Origin: Octopus bimaculoides
Lineage: Eukaryota
Length of the DNA: 48,776 bases
NCBI RefSeq assembly: GCF_001194135.2
Contig: NC_068988.1
Span: 1,918,620 to 1,967,395 of the forward strand
Direction: 5' to 3'
Positions 1-40,068 of this stretch are shown here, piece after piece. The stretch's first letter is position 1. Each line of letters starts with the position of its first letter. A program made the position numbers and the translations under genes. The notes beneath the pieces were generated by a model. That model saw only the letters and a list, made by a program, of their open reading frames with translations, did no database searches and was not told the origin of the DNA.

Positions 1-311
1 ATATATATATATATATACATATATACAGGTATAAGTTAGAGGTGTTTAAAGCCTCTAAGGGATAGATATATCCAAAGGCGCTCCTGGTGATTACCTCCAG
101 TAGGTATTAGTCGTTGGTAAAAGGTATACGGCAGCAGGTAATTTAGCAGGTAAACCGTAGTTTAANNNNNNNNNNGCACGAGAGGTATTGGTATCTGGAA
201 GACCCAAAGAGTGTCACGTAACGCTAAGTGCTATGGAGAGACCGTAGTTAAATTCTTGGTTCGATAATTATGCGAGTAAGGAGTCTAATGTGGATCTTGT
301 ATTAGCATGCA

Positions 312-500
312 TGTATATATTAGACGGGATTAGATAACAATGCCAAGGCTGTGAGGAGTTTTCAGGACATTTATATGGAAATAGCCTTACAGCTGTTTCT
401 GGGATATTCTGGGAACAGCTGTAAGACTATTTCATTATAAATGTCATGAAAACTCCTCACACCCTTGGCTTTGTTCTCATTCTGTCTAATTATATATATA
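312..500. repeat. Long imperfect palindrome (foldback) centred at ~405
   Basis: Arms pair over ~90 bp, e.g. gtgaggagttttcaggacat / atgtcatgaaaactcctcac. Confidence 0.85.
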
Positions 501-1416
501 TTAGATAGAAATATATATANNNNNNNNNNNNNNNNNNNNNNNNNNNNNNNNNNNNNNNNNNNNNNNNNNNNNNNNNNNNNNNNNNNNNNNNNNNNNNNNN
601 NNNNNNNNNNNNNNNNNNNNNNNNNNNNNNNNNNNNNNNNNNNNNNNNNNNNNNNNNNNNNNNNNNNNNNNNNNNNNNNNNNNNNNNNNNNNNNNNNNNN
701 NNNNNNNNNNNNNNNNNNNNNNNNNNNNNNNNNNNNNNNNNNNNNNNNNNNNNNNNNNNNNNNNNNNNNNNNNNNNNNNNNNNNNNNNNNNNNNNNNNNN
801 NNNNNNNNNNNNNNNNNNNNNNNNNNNNNNNNNNNNNNNNNNNNNNNNNNNNNNNNNNNNNNNNNNNNNNNNNNNNNNNNNNNNNNNNNNNNNNNNNNNN
901 NNNNNNNNNNNNNNNNNNNNNNNNNNNNNNNNNNNNNNNNNNNNNNNNNNNNNNNNNNATATATATATATATATATACATACATACATACATCTATAAAT
1001 GAATTTAAAGGGCTATATTATCCTGGCGGCTTCAGCTGCCGGTTAACCACAAGGGTCCTTATGTGGTACTCGAGCTAACGATAAATTGCAGGCTCAGGTA
1101 ACTTTTCTCGCTGGGTAAAGCCGAGTGTCCTGCTCTGGATTGCATATTTTCTGTAGAGTAACTATTAATAATGATAAGGTGAACGGAGATTTCTAATATC
1201 AATAATTTTATTTAATAGTTACTCTGTATGTATGTATGTATGTATGTATGCATGTATGTATGTATCTTGATATTTAGCAGAAGTAACAGAGTGACTGAAG
1301 AGCTAAGAGTTTCGACCGTTAATAAAAATATACATATACTCATATTTTGAGTTTTATTTTTCCTATTTGCACCACCATATCTGCGTTTGTGTGTGTGCGC
1401 GCGCGCGCGCGCGCGT

Positions 1417-1468
<52 letters not shown>

Positions 1469-1795
1469 TATCTGAAGTGTAGTGTTATATATCCTTTACG
1501 GCTGATCTTACCCATCAGTTTCACGCTATGGGTTCAACGGAGTGTTAAGTAACAATCCGATTATGTAACTCTACGCTCATCAGAGGTAGTTGCTATTGAA
1601 TGAAATATGACAACTACTCTCTATTTCTGGAGGTGAATAAACACAATGGTTTGCAGTTGCTGGGAAATAGATGATGGAATGAAACGAGTACGGGAGTAAA
1701 TTAATAGTTATGTCCCTTGGAACAAAAACATCGTTTCTGTTGTAAGTCGGTAAGAGTTATCTGGAAGTGTTCCTGGGAAATATGTGCGTCCTTAA

Positions 1796-2018
1796 GGTTG
1801 GTGTTCTTGTGGAAATGGAATTTGTATAGCGGTGCTGTATGTATATGCATAACCTTTGCAGGGGGTGTGCCCCTACACACACTGCATGCACACATAAAAG
1901 CCTCACAAACTTAACCAATACATAAAAGAAAGAAAACACACTAACGAACACAGATCTGTATGCAAAGGTTATACATATAGTACCACTACACAAATTCCAT
2001 TTCCACAAAACACCAACC
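1796..2018. mobile_element. MITE-like element with ~60 bp imperfect terminal inverted repeats
   Basis: 1796-1860 is the reverse complement of 1961-2018 (ggttggtgtt..gtggaaatggaatttgt..taacctttgca). No target-site duplication identified. Confidence 0.6.
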
Positions 2019-2397
2019 ATTTCGCTTTCGAGTGTCTTTCTAATGTTTTATTTTATTTTTCTGTTGGTTTGGTCTCGAGGAACAAGTTGCTCCCAGGCCT
2101 TCACATGCGCTCTGAGATAAAGTCAGTAAAAAGGAAGACAGAGCCGCGTTGGTGGGGGAGAGGAGAAAGGTACGCCATTTTAGAATAACTCCATCATAAA
2201 CAAAATGAACAAACGAAGCAAAATGGTTGCAAGAAATAATAACCAAGTCTCCTTCGAAGTGCTATTTAACGTCCTAAAAATGGAACAACTTTTTTATCTG
2301 TCAACTGATGGCTAAGGAAGCTACATTGAACTATTTAATCAAATAAAAGTAATTGACTAATTTATCTTTTTTTCTCATTCTGTTTTCTAATTGTCAG

Positions 2398-29210
<26,813 letters not shown>

Positions 29211-29222
29211 TATAAATAAGTA

Positions 29223-29228
29223 AATAAA
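29223..29228 (+). promoter_or_regulatory. Candidate polyadenylation signal of chitinase
   Basis: AATAAA just after the stop codon. The sequence is AT-rich and has more downstream hexamers, so the site used is uncertain. Confidence 0.35.
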
Positions 29229-30004
29229 TTGTCAAAACATATCGAGAAGATTTCATTTTAATTTTGTCGCTGTGAATTTGAATAACGACAAAAAGAAACA
29301 AGTCTTGAACAATACTTAAATGCTTCTCTTTAAACAACAAACTGGCACATTGTAACATCTGTGGAATTAGTCTGTCAAATAGGATTGGCTGGATTTAATC
29401 AATACTAAACTCGAATCTGTTCGCTTTGACACATTTTAAAATATGTAACTGATGACTTCTCGATAAAGAGTTACATCATATACAACTGCTGCAACAATCA
29501 ATATAACCATTCAAGTTTTGTAAGGTTTTTGTTTTTTACTGATTGTTATCTGGTCAAGAATCCAGATAATTCCATACAATATTTCTATTAAAACAAAATA
29601 TGTATTTTGTAATAAACCAAATAAAACAAATATCGAAAAATCAAAATGTGACCAAATAAGCGCTTCTGGTTTTGAATAACATTTAAAAACCGTTCCATGA
29701 AAGACGACGTATACTTCTGTCTCAACAATTATTAATCTTTTTTTAAATCTATCTCAACTCAATAAAATAAAGACAAAGAAAAATCATTTGAAAAATTGTT
29801 GCCGGTTCGAATTTTATTTTGTGTCTCTTTTAAAATATAAACAGGAAAAAAAGTTAGCTGCGTAGTTGCAACCAGCTATAAATTTAGTTTATAGTTTGGT
29901 TGTAGTTAAACATTTTATATTGCAGATTCTCAAAAGAATGCTAAACATATCCCCATAACCTTTTCACCAGACTCTCAAAGTCATCGCCTCTCATATTAAA
30001 ACGC

Positions 30005-30122
30005 TTTTTCTTTTATCCTTTCGGGGTCGATAAAAGAAGTTCCTCTTAAGCATTGGGTCGATGTAATCGACTTACACTCTCCCAAGTAATTGCTGGCCTT
30101 GTGCCAAAATTTGAAATCAATA
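30005..30122 (+). mobile_element. SINE family A, 3' half
   Basis: atcctttcggggtcgataaaa...aattgctggccttgtgccaaaatttgaaa. Confidence 0.75.
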
Positions 30123-31699
30123 TTTTGGTTTTACTTTGCAAATAAAGAACAAGGAACAGAACAGCAATGAAAATCTTGAGCATTTTGTCATTTATTCATA
30201 GAAAACAATACTAGAGATCGAGTCCTATGCCTCCTATAATTCCGGAGTGGGTAGTTAGAAGAATGCGTGTGATTAGGTGTTCAAATCCAGTTACAGACAC
30301 ATCTTTCTTATTTCTGATAAATGATTGTAGGTTGTAGAGTCACAATATCACAAATCAGTGGAAAAGGCGGTAAAGAAATGGTCGATTGATGAATATTATA
30401 TTCTTCGTCATTGCGAAACGAATTTCTGAATCAAACGATCATCATGCCTGTGGCTCTGCATTCATCTTTGACGATATGCATCTCAACATAGGATTCTTTC
30501 TGAAAAGACAGCTAAATAATATTAGTTTAAATATTTAAAAAAAACCCCGAAAAACAAAGAATATGATGCTTTTTTTGTGTCGATATGTGCCCTTTTTCGT
30601 TTGTAGGAACTGGATATTATTGTAGCAGTGTCTGTATGACGTGACAAAAACTCTACAGGCTGGAATTCACTGTCGGAACAATCGTGTCTCTTGTATGTCT
30701 AAACGGGCTTTCCTTTGAAATCTTTCATTTTCTTCTGTCAGCGTTATGTGGATATGATCTGAGTGTTGGCTATGATGTCGCGACATGTGTTGTTGGACAC
30801 TAGAGAGTATAGCTTGGAAATAAAAAAAAATGCATTCCTTATTTTTGCTCAGCTTCGTCAATTCAGAGAAGATGAAGGAATGTGTGACATTGATGAGGGG
30901 ATTAAGTGTAAATACCTTACCGATATCGAAATCCGTATCCTTGGGAATTCAACTCTATGATGGTCACCACAAAATAACCGATATAAAAGTAAAAAATAAT
31001 TAATAATAGATCAATATCTGATAAACACTTTCTTTAGATTAACTGTAGCTTTTAAATATTTTAAAATAATTTATTCATTATTTAGTTGACAACCCTTCAA
31101 CACTTTTTACAAATTATATAATTTCGATTTTTCTTCTTATATCAGCGAAAACATCAACATTCAGAATTAGCGCCAAATATATTTCCTTTGCAAATTGCAA
31201 AATAATTATGCAGAAATTTATGGTCATATTTAAAACAAGCCAAAGCTGATTAATTTTCTGCACGTTTTCACAAATATTCTTGAAATTGGGATTCTACCCA
31301 GCAAAACTCTCTGAGCAGCAGATCTGGGATGCTACATCAGTAGTTGTTTAAAACATGATTACTTACGCACTTTCCGAGAGAAAACAAAAGGGCTGAGTCA
31401 ACAGCATATAGACCAATGACTGAAGAGGTTGCCGGTTCGTGTCTAGTAACCATCACTGCATTGTGTTCACAGCTAGGGTATTCTAGTTTCGAATCCCAGT
31501 TTCTCTCTTGTTCTCCATGCGTATCAGTAGATTGGCCTCATTCGCTAAATCCAGTAAACAACAACAGCACAGTTATTTTAGTGCTTTTCTTTTTTACTTG
31601 GGAAAATGAGTCCAACTCCTCCCATGAAAACATCTACAATAAACTTCAGGAATACAAGCGTTCAAGTGATATCTCTACGAGCCAAAATATTTCAATGTG

Positions 31700-32010
31700 T
31701 ACCACTATGATTAGTTGAACGGCTGACACCTCTATATCGGTGCTGGTGTATGCATAGGAATGCATCACTAATGAGTTTTTGTTTTGCTCTCTAACAATGT
31801 CCTGCAACACGTGTGTATTTGTGGGTTTCCAGTGAAATCGGTGAAAGCAAGACAACTGCCATATTTTCTATCTGTCTTCAGGTGCTTTTTTTCACAGGAA
31901 ATATTCAAAACAGCTCGTAACATACGATTGTGCGATCCAGCCTTGTCTCCGGATGTTTGGTAAGTGTTCAAGTAATGGAGTCGTAAGAAGGTATTTCATA
32001 GTGGCACATA
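31700..32010 (-). mobile_element. Decayed RTE-clade LINE ORF fragment (post-RT region)
   Basis: Translation RMLRAVLNISCEKKHLKT..KYG resembles the RTE motif RMLRAxLNISWxxHxTxxxLYG; frameshifted downstream. Confidence 0.65.
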
Positions 32011-33428
32011 AAAATCTTCTCTAAAGTTTGCGGAATATCGACAGCTTCCAGATGATGCCGAGATCATCAAGAATAGTTCATGCTTTCAGGAGACAAATTT
32101 TGAAGAAAATATTGAATAATTATATCCTTCCTTGCTTTCACCCCCCCCTCACCACAATCTATCTATCTATCTATCTATCTAGATAGATAAATAGATAGAT
32201 AGATAAATAGATAGATAGATAGATAGTATGTATGTATAGATATGTGTGTATATACATGTGTATTGTGTAAGCACGTGTGTATACACGTATATCTATATGT
32301 ATATATTATTACAAGTGTACATTACAGAGAATAGAATTTTATAAGGTTATTAGTGTGTGGGAATTGAAATCGGATCCAAGACTTGCGTCGTAAGGAGCCT
32401 ATATACTCTACGATACTCACCAGCTTGTTCATTATTGCTACAAGTCCAAAGTTTGCTAGGATGTCGTATGTTTTATTAAACAGACACAGTTCAATAGACT
32501 AAATATCCTTTATTGACTGATTTAGAGCATAAACAAAACATTTATTTCTCACTATAAATATATCATTGAGAAATAATGAGATATGTCCATTGGAAGTTAC
32601 TTGGGAGTACAAACATATTTCTAGTATATATTAATCCAAAATCAGAATCGATGTGAGAACACGTGAACTGGTGCAAAAAGTAAGGCTTTCAAATAAGAGA
32701 CTTATGTTAGTTTTAACTTACAATTTGCGAGTCTTAAGTTCAAATTTCACTGGATCCGCAAAACTGTAGCAATTCTACTTTATTATGATCAAAGTTAAAC
32801 GATCGTAGCTCTTCCTTCTTTGCAAATATTGATCTTGTAGCAAAAAATGTTTCTAAAAAGCTTTGCGATAATAATTTCTCGATATTCCGATTCCACGATT
32901 AGACCAATTTACTTAATGTCATTTCTGTTTAGGAACTGTCACAAGTCGCCATTTAAATTCCGAGAATTCATACCATAAAATGATATTGGTTTCCTATTGC
33001 CTGCTAAACTGTGTTATGTTGAGCGGTGAGCGACATCGTTGATTAACAGGTAGAAAGCAATAAGGTCACTCCACCCCGGTTTTAATTCTCGTTTGAACGT
33101 GTCGAATGCACCTCAGAAAAGCCTGCATATCATTCTATACAATCTCATTTACTCTCTCTTAAAACTCTGCAGTCTTAAACTTTGAAAACCCAATTAACTC
33201 CTACAAGGGTTTCTATTTACTTTACTCGATCTGCTTAACAAGTCCTCTGATCTCATCTATGTTGAAACTTGGACAGTTGCATCTCGTTAAAGTCATTTGC
33301 ATAATTTGAATTTCTAATTTTAATTTGAGAATGTTTTTGTAGGATAAATAATGTCCGATTACAGCTACAACTTTTAATAAAATAAAATTCAGTCCTAGTA
33401 AATAATATATAATTTCAGTCTAAATATT

Positions 33429-33639
33429 AGTTTCAAATGTTAGTACAAGGCCAGCAATGTTGAGGGTAAGGTAAGTTGATTATTTTGACCCTAGAGTTCA
33501 ACTGGTACTTATTTTATCACTCCAGAGAGGATGAAAGGCAACGTCGACATTGGCAGAATTCGAACGCAACGTAAAGACGGTCGAAATGCCGCCAGGCATT
33601 TTCCCCGGCGTGCTAACCATTCTGCCAGCTCACTGCATT
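33429..33639 (-). mobile_element. SINE family A, ~280 bp beyond the LicD stop codon
   Basis: Similarity to the other copies; degenerate flanking duplication taatt(t)c(a/t)gtct(a/c)aatatta. Confidence 0.85.
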
Positions 33640-33846
33640 AATTCTGTCTCAATATTAATCAAAGAACACTAATTCTTGCCATCAGTTTTGAAATAATTTC
33701 AATATTTGATGCGTCACAGTCAGAGGACAAAAATGTATAAAAGGTGTCGGGGATATAATTAAGGGAATTGCTTGTTTTCAAAACTTATTTGCAAAAAACG
33801 AAGATGACCTTATATAGCAGGATAAATGAAACTAAATATTATAACA

Positions 33847-33852
33847 TTTATT
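33847..33852 (-). promoter_or_regulatory. Candidate polyadenylation signal of the LicD-family gene
   Basis: AATAAA on the minus strand ~67 nt after the stop codon. Confidence 0.45.
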
Positions 33853-33918
33853 CCTCCCTACCCAACGGTCTCGTTTGCTTCCACCTCACTTGACAATACC
33901 CTCAAAACACACGAAATA

Positions 33919-34605
33919 TTAGGTTTTTACTTTCATCTGATGAACACGTATGTAATTCCAAGGTAACCAACACTGCAGTTTATAGGGAAACGTCATATTA
34001 AACGTATGTTGGAAACGCCAACGCAATACTTTCTCAGACTGAGAAGGGCAATTGACCAAACGACCAGCAAACATACACCTCGTAGTCGGCAGAATTAGGT
34101 TTTTTGCAATATCGAAATATTTTTCAAGAACTTCCGGTTCAGTATGTACGGCACGAGTCAACATGCCAGGGTCTGTAACGCTGGCTTTAAATATATAAAG
34201 ATCGATAATTAAACCTTTGTATTTCATTTCCGTTGGCTTTAGAGGATCAACCGAAATACTGTATTTGTTTTTTAAAACTGGAACAACAACTCTTACGACT
34301 TTGGCTCTATCTGCGAGTAAGTAACCAAAATCCCCATCGTGATCCCACGGTATGATATCTCCATATCTGTGAGCACCGAGTAAAGTTCCACCTTCGATCC
34401 AATGCGTTATATTATATTCGTTCATGACTTTATCGAAACTGTGAATCATATAGCGCATGGCATCCAAATCTGCCGAACTGGTAAAGCAAACGGCGAAAGG
34501 CCGCAGCGATTTAATGACAGTCCAGTATCGATAGGCACAAATACAAACGGAGAGGAATAAAAGAGAAACAAACGCAGTCTTGACATTTTTGAGCGTGTTA
34601 CGCAT
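33919..34605 (-). CDS. LicD/fukutin-family nucleotidyltransferase-fold phosphotransferase, FKRP-like catalytic domain, type II membrane protein (228 aa)
   Basis: ATG at 34605. N-terminal hydrophobic stretch AFVSLLFLSVCICAY; GGTLLGAHRYGDIIPWDHDGD matches the LicD/FKRP motif; C-terminal CMFAGRLVNCP. A splice acceptor (ttggtttcAG) at 34627-34626 lies just upstream. Confidence 0.92.
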   Translation of the reverse strand: MRNTLKNVKTAFVSLLFLSVCICAYRYWTVIKSLRPFAVCFTSSADLDAMRYMIHSFDKVMNEYNITHWIEGGTLLGAHRYGDIIPWDHDGDFGYLLADRAKVVRVVVPVLKNKYSISVDPLKPTEMKYKGLIIDLYIFKASVTDPGMLTRAVHTEPEVLEKYFDIAKNLILPTTRCMFAGRLVNCPSQSEKVLRWRFQHTFNMTFPYKLQCWLPWNYIRVHQMKVKT

Positions 34606-37245
34606 TTTCTTTTTCTCACGTCGACCTGAAACCAAGGCAAAAATATTTCAGTAATTACTATTATATGACTTCCAATACATACTTAGGTGTATGTAGATGA
34701 GAGAAGGAGAAAAAGAGCGACAAATGGATAGGTAGATAGATAGATAAACAGATAGATAGACAAACGCTACATAGCAAAACGATTATTGGCTTTTTAGAAT
34801 TATGTAAAATTATTTTACTGATCAAATTATAAAGAAAAAAATTACTCCAAAAGTTGGTTTCTTTCAAACAATATTAAATCTTCACGGTCTTTTGGAAGCT
34901 TAAACCGTTTATGAATTTATCTGTTGAAAATTACAAATAATAATATAGTTTTAGAGATCTCAAGTGATCATTTAAGTTATTTTTTAGCGAACATTTTTAA
35001 ATGTTTTACAACCATTCTAAAATGTTTTGTCAGGTGAAATTGATTATTTTCGTTTCTAATTGATTATTTTTTGTCACTAATTAGTAACGATGGCGCTACT
35101 TAAGACGATAATCAAGATTTTAAATCGTATGACACAGTTAAAGCTACGAGGTTCATTTACCAGAAGTAGAAAGTTTTTGAAATAATGATAATATTATTAT
35201 TTTTATGAAAAATAATTTCAGTTCACTTGTGCTTGTGTTTCCTGTTAATCTGTTATACACACGGCTAAGATTTACAAGTTAATTTCTACCCAAACTAATT
35301 TACTTTTTCTCATTGTTATTAAGAGTGACGATATTGACCTCAAATATTTCCGCTCTTTATGAACAGTAGAATTGTTGGTCAGAGGTTTTTAAAGAGTAAA
35401 CCACTTGTTCATTATATTTCCAACTCCAAACAAAATAATATTACCATAAATGTTACGAAAAGCAGCAGTTTAACAGTTTTCTCGCTGATGCTTTCATCTT
35501 TCTTCCTCTGTATATGGGTGAAACATTTATGCACCTATCTATATGCGACGGGCTTTGACACACAGTTTCTGTCACTTAAATTCCACTAATTCAATGTTGG
35601 TTAACCTGAGGCCTCGTTTCAATACGCTTGCCCGTATCGCGGAATGCCATACACTGAACCATGGAGTTGTGAAACAAATTTCTTAACACATCCAAAACCT
35701 GCATCACTTGATGGTAATAATGATTTGTGTTGGTAATAGTTCCTCAATGTCTGGAAGGGGAGGTAAAATCAATTTAATCGAACCCAATAAATCACTAAAA
35801 TTTATTTTTCTTGATCCACTGAGAAAATAAACAGCATTGTACTCACTTGCTGGGATTGGAACCAGCATTCTACAGCTTTTGTCACAACACCAGTGTTTCG
35901 AGACAGATCCCCAAATAAGTGCTGTACAAGAATAATCGTAAAAGCTGACAATGTTCTCAACTGTCAAAAATAACGATCCAGTTTTGATGTCTTAGGTAAT
36001 TAAATTTGTGACAATCCGGTCTTTAACCAAAACACAGTTCCTTAAGATTTCATGTCTTTTGTAATCTTTATGAAGTGTTAGCCGTCTTACCTTTAAGTAA
36101 TTTCTGAAACCAAGACGGGGAATCGCCAGAAATGACAGAAATTTTCTTTAAATGCATCACACTTCAGGTTTTCATCGATTATAGATCTAGATGAAATCAG
36201 AAATATGCTATAGCCATTCCAAAGAGCCCTTATCGATCTGGATATAGACCTCAGTATACCTTTACCGACTGATCCATGGTGGTTATAGGACTATTTGTCC
36301 CCGTTGGCTTATTTTGGATTGGATGGAGTAACCCCGTGTTTGGTTGAGGAGCTCTAAACAATGGCACTTACTGCAAATAGCCAGGACAAATACTGCAAGA
36401 CACCTCGTCCAACGTTCTAACAATCCTGACTGACACCCGATTTGATCCCGTCAACCATATCAGATTTTTTCACCGCCTACTTTGGGAAGCATTTCTCTAA
36501 ACTCACTTTCCCAGAAAGCCAGTTCAAGTCTAGCGACCTACCTCTCACCACTAAAATCTTACATTTCCATTATAATTTACAACAATACAATATTTTAAAT
36601 TTGCTTCTGACTGAATCATTCAAATCAGTGAGAAATGAAAAACAATATTAAAGGAAATATCAAGCAGATATAAGTAGTAATATATTTTCTTAAAATTTCT
36701 AAACACTAATGTTCCATTGAAATTAAGGTCAGTTCATTTAGCATAGCTTTTCTTTGGCTTTCGGTGAATTGAAATAAGTCTGTGCACGCTTAAGAAATAG
36801 GAACAGATATGTTAACGGCTTTACCTAGCAGGCGACTGAATTGAGTCTGGCAATGTAGCAATTAAAGGTGATCTTTGATATTAATGTACCACCTTCTCCT
36901 TCTCAAATTTTAGTATCAGTTTGTGTACATAAAAGACAGACAAGATAATAAACTTACGTCGCAAGTGAGTGGATAATGTTTGTTGTTAACAATCAATTTC
37001 AGGTAATCCTTGATATCAACGTACCACTTTTTCTTTAGCTTGTTTATTATAAAGAATATTTGGGGTACAATTTCGTATTATTCCTAGCGAGAATTGTAGA
37101 AATTTCACGTTTTGTAAATTTTATTTCTATTTTCATGTATATATGATCTTCGTAACTTTATTTCGTTCGGTCTATAACTAAGAGCGTTCAAACGTCGACC
37201 ACGTAAAATAATATAGATTTTTGTGCTGTTATTTTCATTATTTTG

Positions 37246-37285
37246 TCACGTGAGAAGGCAGTGCGCATGACTCATTATTGGGCGG
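37246..37285. promoter_or_regulatory. Dense cluster of promoter-type motifs, putative promoter of the LicD-family gene
   Basis: TCACGTGA, TGCGCA, TGACTCA, CCAAT (minus) and GGGCGG fall within 40 bp. Confidence 0.35.
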
Positions 37286-39971
37286 TTCGTGAAAACATGA
37301 TATGTATGTATGTGGGTGTATATATGTGTGTGCGAGTGTGTGTTTCACTGTTTAGCTCGCTCGTGTACATGAAAAATGACGGGTGTACGTACGTATGAGC
37401 GTGTGTGTGTGACTCTGTTTTTTTACTATTTAGCTGAAAAAAGAAAAATACTAAAGAAGTAAAAATTTTTTACGGAAATTGCCGAATAACTAGTTACAAT
37501 TTCGTTATAACTCCTCCGAAGGATAGGCCCAACTAACCAAGCAGACCACAAAAAGATTTAAATTCTGAACGGGAACAAACACCACAAGGCATCCGGTTCT
37601 ATGTTGTTACGTCCTCACAAAACCACCGCTTTAAGACCCTTTTTTTTTATCGATATCCCCCACCACTATANNNNNNNNNNNNNNNNNNNNNNNNNNNNNN
37701 NNNNNNNNNNNNNNNNNNNNNNNNNNNNNNNNNNNNNNNNNNNNNNNNNNNNNNNNNNNNNNNNNNNNNNNNNNNNNNNNNNNNNNNNNNNNNNNNNNNN
37801 NNNNNNNNNNNNNNNNNNNNNNNNNNNNNNNNNNNNNNNNNNNNNNNNNNNNNNNNNNNNNNNNNNNNNNNNNNNNNNNNNNNNNNNNNNNNNNNNNNNN
37901 NNNNNNNNNNNNNNNNNNNNNNNNNNNNNNNNNNNNNNNNNNNNNNNNNNNNNNNNNNNNNNNNNNNNNNNNNNNNNNNNNNNNNNNNNNNNNNNNNNNN
38001 NNNNNNNNNNNNNNNNNNNNNNNNNNNNNNNNNNNNNNNNNNNNNNNNNNNNNNNNNNNNNNNNNNNNNNNNNNNNNNNNNNNNNNNNNNNNNNNNNNNN
38101 NNNNNNNNNNNNNNNNNNNNNNNNNNNNNNNNNNNNNNNNNNNNNNNNNNNNNNNNNNNNNNNNNNNNNNNNNNNNNNNNNNNNNNNNNNNNNNNNNNNN
38201 NNNNNNNNNNNNNNNNNNNNNNNNNNNNNNNNNNNNNNNNNNNNNNNNNNNNNNNNNNNNNNNNNNNNNNNNNNNNNNNNNNNNNNNNNNNNNNNNNNNN
38301 NNNNNNNNNNNNNNNNNNNNNNNNNNNNNNNNNNNNNNNNNNNNNNNNNNNNNNNNNNNNNNNNNNNNNNNNNNNNNNNNNNNNNNNNNNNNNNNNNNNN
38401 NNNNNNNNNNNNNNNNNNNNNNNNNNNNNNNNNNNNNNNNNNNNNNNNNNNNNNNNNNNNNNNNNNNNNNNNNNNNNNNNNNNNNNNNNNNNNNNNNNNN
38501 NNNNNNNNNNNNNNNNNNNNNNNNNNNNNNNNNNNNNNNNNNNNNNNNNNNNNNNNNNNNNNNNNNNNNNNNNNNNNNNNNNNNNNNNNNNNNNNNNNNN
38601 NNNNNNNNNNNNNNNNNNNNNNNNNNNNNNNNNNNNNNNNNNNNNNNNNTTATGTAGTCGGCACTTAATGTATATCGGCTGAATGGACGTCAGTGATTGG
38701 TTGAAATTACAGAAATACGACAACTTTAACATGGAATAATTTATGGATTTCTTTTTTTTTAAGAAGACTAAGAGAAAAAGATGTTTTATATGACACATTC
38801 TACCAGTGTTCCAAGTTTCAAAGTGTTTCGTTAATGAAAAATGTGGCCCCCGTTTTAAAAAAGATCCAAAGCTTTTAAATATTTAATTTGCTCGCGAATG
38901 TTTTAATGTTAATTTCATTCGTGTATATTTTAATGTCTTGACTGTTATTTCTAGCAATGTTTTGACATGCCGATTCCCCACTCCCACCACGTGATGATGG
39001 AATTTTGAACACCTGTAACATTTTGACAAAATTTTTTTCTGGAATAAATGAATAATAAATTCGGATTCAGCGACATAAATTACATCTATAAGATAAGGTA
39101 CATTAAAAAAACCTGTTGAGGATAATTGTAAACAGTGAAGAAAGCGACAAAGATCTAGGACAAATGCCACACTCTATCGATTCAGCCAATTCAGTTTTTT
39201 TTTTGTTCAATTTTGCTTTGAAATAGTTGTTTGAGAATACAGAATAGGACTATGAAATTGCTAACAAGCTTTGTTGTTGTGTTGTTGTAGTTCAAGATAA
39301 GCAGGTATGTTTACAAGAAGATTTGACTGCGATGTCTAGCAGGCTGGACGAGTGCATAAAAAAACACAATGATGAAATAAAATAATACAAATTATTCCCT
39401 TAATGTTTATCATAATCAACCTAATACTCCAGTGGTAATAATCATAAACAAAAGAAGATTGTGTCATTTTTTAATATTATCTTAATAATTTTACAACAGC
39501 ACGAAAATAGTTTTACAACGAATACTCACCCAAAATAATAATCCTGCCTACTAAAGGATGTCTTTTTATAACAAATAAGCCACCCGTTAAAAGAAATAAA
39601 AAAAAAACTGAAAGAGAAAAAACGCTTCTGTATTCGTCAATGACGCTGCAATGAAAGAAAACGTACGTTGAATCTCGGGATACAACGAAACGAGGTTATG
39701 TTTTTCTCGTGAGATAAGTACTAAGCACAAGATATAGAGGGGGAAGATAGCTTTAATAGAGACTACATCTGTATCCAGGAGAGACAAACCCCATTTCAAC
39801 AATTTTTAACAAACGTCAAAGAACGCAGTTCGAAATAAGGATAAATTTTTACTTGCTTCTAGATTCCCACCCCGTTCACGCACAAACTCCTTCTTTCACC
39901 TTCACAGAATGAATATTATGATTGTTATGTCAATACAACTGTCACGGAACTTCCAGTTCGGTTAGCAATTA

Positions 39972-40068
<97 letters not shown>

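Noticed and set aside
1296-1320. CTGAAGA..CGACC as a hammerhead ribozyme (also a weak match at ~4960-4995)
   Set aside because: GAAA or the core is degenerate and the helices cannot be formed.
1388-1465. (TG)/(CG) alternating tract as functional Z-DNA
   Set aside because: Such tracts are ubiquitous in this window; nothing singles this one out.
1-2397. Chitinase signal-peptide exon
   Set aside because: No ATG plus hydrophobic segment ending in a phase-1 donor was found; it is probably upstream of the window or in the gap at 520-958.
34606-34635. TTG-started N-terminal extension of the LicD ORF
   Set aside because: It crosses a splice acceptor at 34627-34626; ATG 34605 already gives a normal type II membrane N-terminus.
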